Shown: positions 8,101 through 12,115 of the stretch, in pieces
Position numbering within the stretch: position 1 is the stretch's first letter
Layout: the number at the start of each line of letters is the position of its first letter
Source of the DNA: a bacterium
GTDB lineage: Bacteria > SZUA-182 > DTGQ01
Direction: 5' to 3'
Length of the DNA: 12,115 bases
Assembly (NCBI GenBank): GCA_040752695.1
Contig: JBFMGO010000145.1
Location: 1-12,115, forward strand
Position numbers and translations under genes: made by a program
Notes under the pieces: generated by a model
The model's database searches: none
What the model saw: the letters and a program-made list of their open reading frames with translations, nothing else
What the model was told of the DNA's origin: nothing

Positions 8101-8797
8101 AATTTTCCGCTGTGTCAATTCTGACAGTTCTGCCAATTCTGAAAATTCTGCCAATCATAACAATTCAGGCAATTCAGACGATTGCGGTGATTGTATTGAT
8201 TGCGGTGACCTTACCGATTTTGCCGATTTCACCGATTTTGCCGATTATGACCCGAACCGGATATCCCGCTATATGCTGATTGCTGCCGTTGATCCGAATG
8301 TTACCTGTTATTCTGACCCTGACTGTAGCTTTGGGAACACCTATTATTATCAGGTAAGGGCTGTTAACCAATATGGATATACCGACTTTTCAGCACGGGC
8401 AGGAGTGACCATCGATGAATGTAATCTTCCTCCCAATGCACCCTCTGACCTGAAGGCCACTTCCGAACTGAGCAATACAGTCGTTTTGAATTGGGTGGAC
8501 AATTCTCCCTGTGAGACTGGATTCACGATAACGCGCCGCAGTGAAGTGGAGCAGGATTACGTCGAAGTCGTAACTACCGCCGCCAATACGGGTACTTATA
8601 CGGATACGGGGCTGGAGGAGGGGACTAAATATTATTATAAGGTGAAGGCAACCAGTATTATCGGTCAAATAGTCCTTGATTCGGCCTGGAGTAATGTGGC
8701 AGATGCGACAACCGCCAAAGAGCCGGGGAAAAATAATGTGTCTGGATCCGGCGGGGGCGGGTCTGGATGCTTCGTTTCCTCAATAAGTCGTATATAA
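5177..8797 (+). CDS. Large secreted/surface protein (1206 aa): GAFGPGG domain, MopE-related putative metal-binding motifs, PKD, 2x carboxypeptidase-regulatory-like, ZU5-like domain, 2x fibronectin type III, Gly-rich Cys-Phe C-terminal motif
   Basis: GTG start after purine-rich gagagaggg (ATG 5201 is an alternative). Signal peptide MVITKKPGMTLLLSGLLLIVLFTSALG. Motifs: DCNDNDxxxFPGxxExCDGKDNxCD, YYxDADxDGxG, PLTVQFTDKS..WDFGDG..NPNHTF, GKVLD..PV..AxV..TDREGGYSF..GGYTLRVSAAGYE, APANLTA..IKLNWED..YYYQVRAVN, APSDLKA..LNWVDN..GLEEGTKYYYKVKA. Ends SGSGGGGSGCFVSSISRI. Confidence 0.93.
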   Translation: MVITKKPGMTLLLSGLLLIVLFTSALGGAGYTASPNWTPRGGFEHNMIRYGNVYICGSKINRSGYILGAFGPGGEDDCRAVNNIGENGVEGLYYLTIGGNSNEGGTDNEGDTDNEGGTNQEGIDDEGNADWETISFKVYDSGSDLVYNLSLKDTDKGEVIFNKDSAEALDLYGYFTYYQDADDDGYGNAYVTIEACTKPGGYAANGSDCNDNDALMFPGNLETCDGKDNDCDWVIPWDEVADADGDGVITCRDCDDNDAARFSGNPEICDGKDNNCDGSVDEGVLNTYYRDADGDGQGDAYKTTLACTAPAGYVENANDCIDTDSRLVKSVADFSGSFTIGSSPLTVQFTDKSIGAISYHWDFGDGSTSSEKNPNHTFRADSVYGSLDSSMDSGVNSAKSIKSISSVSSMHSMYSRLYRAYKVTLTINTGYCSAEKIQTIRVMSTDTMHGKVLDRQKDEPVHHAQVFVIGYPGYKAAVTDREGGYSFPNMLFGGYTLRVSAAGYETLFAGIENRPGGEAIPDIYLNSKAGRIFGRVLHEDANQPKEGDDDGAGPLKLIPGAGATVIALTQTDGIYSRDAQTDPNGRYIIYISRPGNYTILASKTGFIPEQDSNHNSGYTFINQDTSIEASDIILRSKPKGPEIRISSFEWNAAPDPNAVDNHTAIMVFRQSEDPVIDISMASKDSSCVGIFNEEKNPAPIAVDGLTCYPVYRAEYSGYSGSDIHKVRIEILVEDQTGISAIPYTFTVDPTTVRGTVQTAVTGRTTEIIIPAEGGKTWNVGLVDIDGDGQCDGYDNSFIEIPASAIVGAMPFEEDPDFAVRSLIVRIDRLDRLDHLAGYMANSVSLSANQGYYNAVTAEYSVNLMDRDGNTVSGFQVDPEHPITMYLHFDPDTVDGNLAHLVIKYLGSDGTWKTDGISNVRIDEYHRAIAFDVIRLTRFAAFIESAAPANLTARALTPSQIKLNWEDRSLNEYRFEIFRCVNSDSSANSENSANHNNSGNSDDCGDCIDCGDLTDFADFTDFADYDPNRISRYMLIAAVDPNVTCYSDPDCSFGNTYYYQVRAVNQYGYTDFSARAGVTIDECNLPPNAPSDLKATSELSNTVVLNWVDNSPCETGFTITRRSEVEQDYVEVVTTAANTGTYTDTGLEEGTKYYYKVKATSIIGQIVLDSAWSNVADATTAKEPGKNNVSGSGGGGSGCFVSSISRI
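5480..5566 (+). repeat. In-frame ~18-bp acidic repeat x5 (NEGGTD NEGDTD NEGGTN QEGID DEGNAD)
   Basis: aacgaggggggtactgat / aatgagggagatactgat / aatgaagggggtactaac / caagagggcatcgat / gatgaagggaatgctgac. Confidence 0.88.
6311..6436 (+). repeat. In-frame Ser-periodic 12-bp then 9-bp degenerate repeats inserted in the PKD domain
   Basis: agcctggatagc/agcatggatagc/ggtgtgaacagc, then aagagtata/aagagtata/agtagtgtg/agtagtatg/cacagtatg; 42 residues lie between HTF and YKVTLT. Confidence 0.8.
8117..8251 (+). repeat. In-frame 9-bp degenerate tandem array x15 inserted in the first FN3 domain
   Basis: aattctgac agttctgcc aattctgaa aattctgcc aatcataac aattcaggc aattcagac gattgcggt gattgtatt gattgcggt gaccttacc gattttgcc gatttcacc gattttgcc gattatgac. 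Confidence 0.92.
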
Positions 8798-8852
8798 AAG
8801 CCGTCGTATAGAGAAGCTGTCGTATATAAAAGCCTATTCGGATATAAAAGCC
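8787..8852 (+). repeat. 16-bp tandem array x4 (GTCGTATATAAAAGCC) overlapping the stop codon of the 1206-aa gene
   Basis: gtcgtatataaaagcc / gtcgtatagagaagct / gtcgtatataaaagcc / (ta)ttcggatataaaagcc; TAA 8795-8797 is inside unit 1. Confidence 0.9.
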
Positions 8853-8855
8853 TAT

Positions 8856-8935
8856 GTAGTTGCTGGCGGAACGGATTGGGCTGCTGACGAACGAATTGGT
8901 AGCTGTTGGTGGAACGGATTGGTGGCTGTCGGCGG
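8856..8935. repeat. ~23-bp tandem array x3.5 abutting the stop codon of the minus-strand gene
   Basis: gtagttgctggcggaacggattg / ggctgctgacgaacgaattg / gtagctgttggtggaacggattg / gtggctgtcggcgg, then cta (stop at 8936-8938). Confidence 0.88.
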
Positions 8936-9940
8936 CTACTGGGGGAGGATGCCCAGTTCTACATTCTTCCAGAATTCGGCTGCTTTTTGAGCCTGCTTTT
9001 TAGCCGCTTTGCCGGTAGCGCTCTTTGACGCCTGCCAGGCCTTGGCGGCATTATATACGGCAAACCTTTTCACCGAATTTTCAATGACTGCCCGGGGCAT
9101 TTTGATCAGGACAAAACTCCGGTAAATATTTCCTCCCGGTGAACTCCATTTCTCTCCATAGAAATCGCTCTCCTTGGCTCTTTTGGAAATGTCGCTGGCA
9201 AGGAATTCCCTGTAGCTGGTGGCGGCACTGTTCGGATCGACGATCTTACCGGCCAGATCGCTTGATGCAGAGATTCTCTTAAATTCAAGTTTGGCCAGAT
9301 CGCCGAGATACTTGACGATTTTTGTCTGTGCATCTGTCATGGCTTCGGCAATGGACAGTTTTCCCGTGGCACAATCCCCGGATATACCGACAAGAGTAAG
9401 GTACCCATCTTTCACGGATGCTTCCGTGTCTATCCAATTCGGCCGGTTCGGTTGAGTTGCTGACAGGATTTTCCCTGGCTTTTCTGCCTCCTCTGGCCCA
9501 CCTGTCTCTATTACCGGCACATGGGCCTCTTCTGTCAAACGAACCTCTTCTGGTTTATTTGTTTTTCTGGTTGCTGGCTCATTTTCCTTATCAGGTGTGG
9601 AATGGTCACTATGCAAAACAGTATCTCCGCCGGTTCCATCAGGCTGCCCGGATAGATCACCTGATAGAATCTTTTTCCACTCAGGTCCATGCGCCTTCTT
9701 AATTGTCAGTATATTTGGCCCATTTGCCTTCTTAAACGCTGGCTCGCTGTTTCCTTTGGTTGCAGAACGGTGAGAACCGCAACCCAATCCCATGAGGAAG
9801 GAGAAAAAAATAAAAGGCAAGACAAAAGGTACAATAAAATGACTCCATGGGTTCGACTGGGTCATTGGTTTAGTCTGATTCGATTTGCTTACCGGTTTAA
9901 ATACACTTGCCGATGGTGAGTTCATATGCATAAAAATCAT
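8936..9940 (-). CDS. Putative lipoprotein with a disordered linker and an LPP20-like domain
   Basis: 334-aa ORF with SD GAGGT 5 nt before ATG 9940. Hydrophobic stretch FIVPFVLPFIFFSFLMGLG precedes Cys54 (imperfect lipobox), then a P/E/K/T-rich linker. RPNWID...YLTLVGIS...AEAMTDAQTKIVKYL...YGEKW...YRSFVLIKMPR matches the LPP20-family pattern by eye. The start could be further downstream (e.g. Met26). Confidence 0.8.
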   Translation of the reverse strand: MIFMHMNSPSASVFKPVSKSNQTKPMTQSNPWSHFIVPFVLPFIFFSFLMGLGCGSHRSATKGNSEPAFKKANGPNILTIKKAHGPEWKKILSGDLSGQPDGTGGDTVLHSDHSTPDKENEPATRKTNKPEEVRLTEEAHVPVIETGGPEEAEKPGKILSATQPNRPNWIDTEASVKDGYLTLVGISGDCATGKLSIAEAMTDAQTKIVKYLGDLAKLEFKRISASSDLAGKIVDPNSAATSYREFLASDISKRAKESDFYGEKWSSPGGNIYRSFVLIKMPRAVIENSVKRFAVYNAAKAWQASKSATGKAAKKQAQKAAEFWKNVELGILPQ

Positions 9941-9960
9941 CCTTGACCTCTTTTCTTACA

Positions 9961-10048
9961 GGCAACTCACTCGATCTTGTGAACTACTCTGTGGATGGTT
10001 GAGTTTTGGGTTCTTCCACGATTCATAAACCGTAACCCGAATCTGCCT
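9961..10048 (-). ncRNA. Candidate structured 5' leader (three-way junction; loose c-di-GMP-I/GEMM resemblance)
   Basis: Minus strand: GGCAG(A)UUC pairs with GAGUUGCC; GGGUU/AACCC encloses ACGGUU-UAUG-AAUCGU; AAA junction; ACUC/GAGU. It fills the space between the predicted TSS and the RBS. Confidence 0.3.
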
Positions 10049-10053
10049 TTAGT

Positions 10054-10083
10054 AGTATAGCAAGATATGCAGCTAATCGTCAA
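10054..10083 (-). promoter_or_regulatory. Sigma70-type promoter for the lipoprotein gene
   Basis: Minus strand TTGACG-N18-TATACT with extended -10 TG (TGcTATACT); TSS expected at about 10047-10048. Confidence 0.75.
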
Positions 10084-10350
10084 TAATCAAAATTATATAG
10101 ATATATATCCAACAGAACAATTGTATAGATATGTGATTTTTTTGTCCATGGCTTTTACCCGTTGCACTGGATAAGTGCATGGAATTGCAGGCAGGAGTTG
10201 CTTGTGCTATGCTCTTCTTGATATATGCCACGGAAATGGCCAATACTGTTCTGAGTATATGATAATCTATCCGGCCGCGTATTTAACGCGAGATGTAATG
10301 AGCTCTTTTTCATGCCCTGTTCAGGCGAATGGCCTCTATTAGTCATTTTT

Positions 10351-10380
10351 TTGACAATAGGGAAGTAAATTTGATATATT
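10351..10380 (+). promoter_or_regulatory. Sigma70-type promoter for the Kazal-domain gene
   Basis: TTGACA (10351-10356)-N18-TATATT (10375-10380) with extended -10 TG. A second perfect TATAAT at 10396-10401 may be an alternative -10. Confidence 0.7.
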
Positions 10381-10472
10381 TTATATTGAAGTTCCTATAA
10401 TATACTGTTCATCTTCCAATTTCGTACTTGCTTTTCCTGCATTCAATTCCCGTACCTTCTTATCGATTTTAC

Positions 10473-10500
10473 ATAGTCTTACCGTTATAGTCTTACTGTT
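10473..10500 (+). repeat. 14-bp direct tandem repeat x2 in the leader
   Basis: atagtcttaccgtt / atagtcttactgtt (13/14 identical). Confidence 0.85.
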
Positions 10501-10523
10501 AAAAGAACCAATGAAGGTAATTT

Positions 10524-10530
10524 AAGGAGG
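10524..10530 (+). promoter_or_regulatory. Shine-Dalgarno AAGGAGG
   Basis: 7 nt upstream of ATG 10538. Confidence 0.9.
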
Positions 10531-10537
10531 GAAGTCA

Positions 10538-11980
10538 ATGAAAAAGATAAGGTTTGTGGAGGCATTAGGGGTAATCCTTGTTCTTTTGGCTATCATTTGC
10601 TTTCGTAAAACGGTTGCAAATGCACAATATGGCTGTATTGATAACTATCAATGCCCGCAAGGGCAATATTGCGAGAAAAATGAGGGAGATTGTAATGGAT
10701 GGGGAACGTGCACGAATAAACCTTACAGTTGCCCCTATTATCAAGACCCTGTCTGTGGATGTGATGGTAGAGTCTATGATACTCCATGTAACGCTGCCTT
10801 ATCTGGTATAAATGTTGCCAATAGAGGAGCTTGTTATACTTCTGGGACCGGTCCTAATTGGACTAACGCCTGTATTGATAATTCCCAATGCGGAATAACT
10901 CAGTATTGTAAAAAAGAAGCTGGAAATTGCAATGGATCAGGGGTATGCGCTGAGAGGACAACAATGTGTCCGTATAATTATTCGCCAGTTTGCGGATGTG
11001 ATGGCAGAACATATGGTAATGCGTGTGAAGCTGAAAGCAATGGTGTTGACATTGCCTACTCTGGAGAATGTAGACTCAGCTCTACTCCCATAAACCCCGG
11101 AGGTAATTGGTACAGCCCTTCCCTGCCTTATTGGTATCCTGGCAATTTGTATTATCCCCAATGGAACAATTGGTACAACCCAGCTAACTTCTGGTCCTCT
11201 GGTAATTGGTACATTCCACAGAATAATTGGTATACGCCCAATTGGAATAACTTGTACTATCCTGTCTCGAACAACTGGTATAGCCCTCCGCCGAGTAGTT
11301 GGTATCCCCCCACCAGTTATCCCTATCTCCCTGGCCTGTCGGCATCCGGCCTTTACAGCAACCCTACATCTTATATCTATGAACCGACAACCCATCAAGG
11401 CCTCTACGGCAAACCCGCAATTTATCTCTATCCTCAGGAGGACACCTATGTAGATGTCGAACTTGATATTGATGGCCAGCTTACGAAGACCATTCCCCCC
11501 TACAACGGCGGCTGGCATGTCCTAGCAAAGGCAGATGGCACTATAATCGATGAGAGCCAGGGGAAGCAGTACGATTATCTTTTCTGGGAGGCTAAGCCCC
11601 ATAGATTAGATATCCCCGACAAAGGCTGGATCGTTGCCCGGAAGGACCTTGAAAAGTGGTTCAGCGAATATTTGCCTAAACTTGGCCTGAACAAAAAGGA
11701 GAAAGAGCAATTTATGGAATATTGGTTAGAGCGTCTTCAGGAGAAAGACTATTATGGGGTGAAACTATTGAGCAGGACATTCCTGAAAGAATACGCAAAG
11801 CTGATCATTACTCCATCTCCTGATACCCTGATACGGGTTATCTTTCACTTCACTCCCCTGGATGAATACGAGGCAGATAAGTACAAGATGATGGAGCCTC
11901 CCCTCATCAAGACTCCGGAACGGAAAGGCTTTGTTGCTCTTGAATGGGGCGGAATACTCGGCGATGAGGATATCCGGTGA
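10538..11980 (+). CDS. Secreted protein with two Kazal-type serine protease inhibitor modules, an N/W/Y/P-rich linker and a conserved uncharacterised C-terminal domain
   Basis: Strong SD and signal peptide ending ANA|QY. Kazal-like CPYYQDPVCGCDGRVYDTPC...RGAC and CPYNYSPVCGCDGRTYGNAC...SGEC, then NNWYxP repeats, then KPAIYLYP...YDYLFWEA...LGLNKKEKEQFMEYW...PDTLIRV...RKGFVALEWGG. Confidence 0.92.
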   Translation: MKKIRFVEALGVILVLLAIICFRKTVANAQYGCIDNYQCPQGQYCEKNEGDCNGWGTCTNKPYSCPYYQDPVCGCDGRVYDTPCNAALSGINVANRGACYTSGTGPNWTNACIDNSQCGITQYCKKEAGNCNGSGVCAERTTMCPYNYSPVCGCDGRTYGNACEAESNGVDIAYSGECRLSSTPINPGGNWYSPSLPYWYPGNLYYPQWNNWYNPANFWSSGNWYIPQNNWYTPNWNNLYYPVSNNWYSPPPSSWYPPTSYPYLPGLSASGLYSNPTSYIYEPTTHQGLYGKPAIYLYPQEDTYVDVELDIDGQLTKTIPPYNGGWHVLAKADGTIIDESQGKQYDYLFWEAKPHRLDIPDKGWIVARKDLEKWFSEYLPKLGLNKKEKEQFMEYWLERLQEKDYYGVKLLSRTFLKEYAKLIITPSPDTLIRVIFHFTPLDEYEADKYKMMEPPLIKTPERKGFVALEWGGILGDEDIR

Positions 11981-12041
11981 GGGAAAGAAATAGGCCCTTA
12001 CAGCCCACACAATGAAAATTTTGTTCAAACTTTAGGGCAAG

Positions 12042-12074
12042 AAGAGCCAGGAATCAGGAGTTGGGAGCTGGAAG
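12042..12074 (+). repeat. Degenerate 7-bp purine-rich tandem repeat x4.5
   Basis: aagagcc / aggaatc / aggagtt / gggagct / ggaag. Confidence 0.5.
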
Positions 12075-12106
12075 AAAATTAAATGATTAGATTGGTATTT
12101 AATTTT
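12075..12106. other. Perfect 10-bp AT-only inverted repeat (possible weak terminator or operator)
   Basis: aaaattaaat-N12-atttaatttt, downstream of the last gene. Confidence 0.35.
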
Positions 12107-12115
12107 ATTAATTTT

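Noticed and set aside
619..8668. Numerous 60-206-aa alternative-frame and antisense ORFs inside genes 1 and 2, including 4959..5204
   Set aside because: They overlap long domain-rich genes, have no recognisable motifs, and their repeats only mirror the real frame.
10003..10045. c-di-AMP (ydaO) riboswitch on the + strand (TTTTGGG...AACCCGAATC)
   Set aside because: The other conserved blocks (GCTGAA, GGAGGAACC, GTCAGCTAAC) are absent and the orientation does not lead into a nearby gene.
10175..10230. Sigma54 promoter (GGCA/TTGC-like words)
   Set aside because: No GG-N10-GC with TGGCA...TTGC context was found on either strand; spacings are 8-9 or the -12 element is missing.
10155..10346. 63-aa minus-strand ORF in the divergent intergenic region
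   Set aside because: Short, with no clear SD and no recognisable protein features; it lies between two promoters.
10578..12028. Overlapping ORFs such as 10937..11518 (-) and 11765..12028 (-)
   Set aside because: They are shadows of the well-supported 480-aa gene.

Overview
A bacterial accessory region with four real genes, all encoding secreted or surface proteins. There are no mobile elements, tRNA/rRNA genes or CRISPR arrays. (1) A ~1658-aa exported protein (true start probably ATG 124): 8-bladed PQQ/BamB-like beta-propeller, a long Ig/FN3-like stalk and two uncharacterised C-terminal domains. (2) A probably co-transcribed 1206-aa exported protein: MopE-type Cys/Asp motifs, PKD, two carboxypeptidase-regulatory-like domains, a ZU5-like domain, two FN3 domains and a Gly-rich 'GCF' tail. 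(3) A convergent LPP20-like putative lipoprotein. (4) A divergent 480-aa exported protein fusing two 10-Cys Kazal modules, an aromatic NWY-repeat linker and an uncharacterised KPxIYLYP...EWGG domain. Three signals stand out. A rare 'GAFGPGGxxDCRAV' domain sits near the end of gene 1 and at the start of gene 2, suggesting a two-part docked surface appendage (inference). Degenerate tandem 'stutter' arrays are pervasive, with units that are multiples of 3 in genes and not in intergenic DNA. A structured 5' leader loosely resembling a c-di-GMP-I (GEMM) riboswitch precedes the lipoprotein gene. All domain names come from motif recognition by eye, not database searches.
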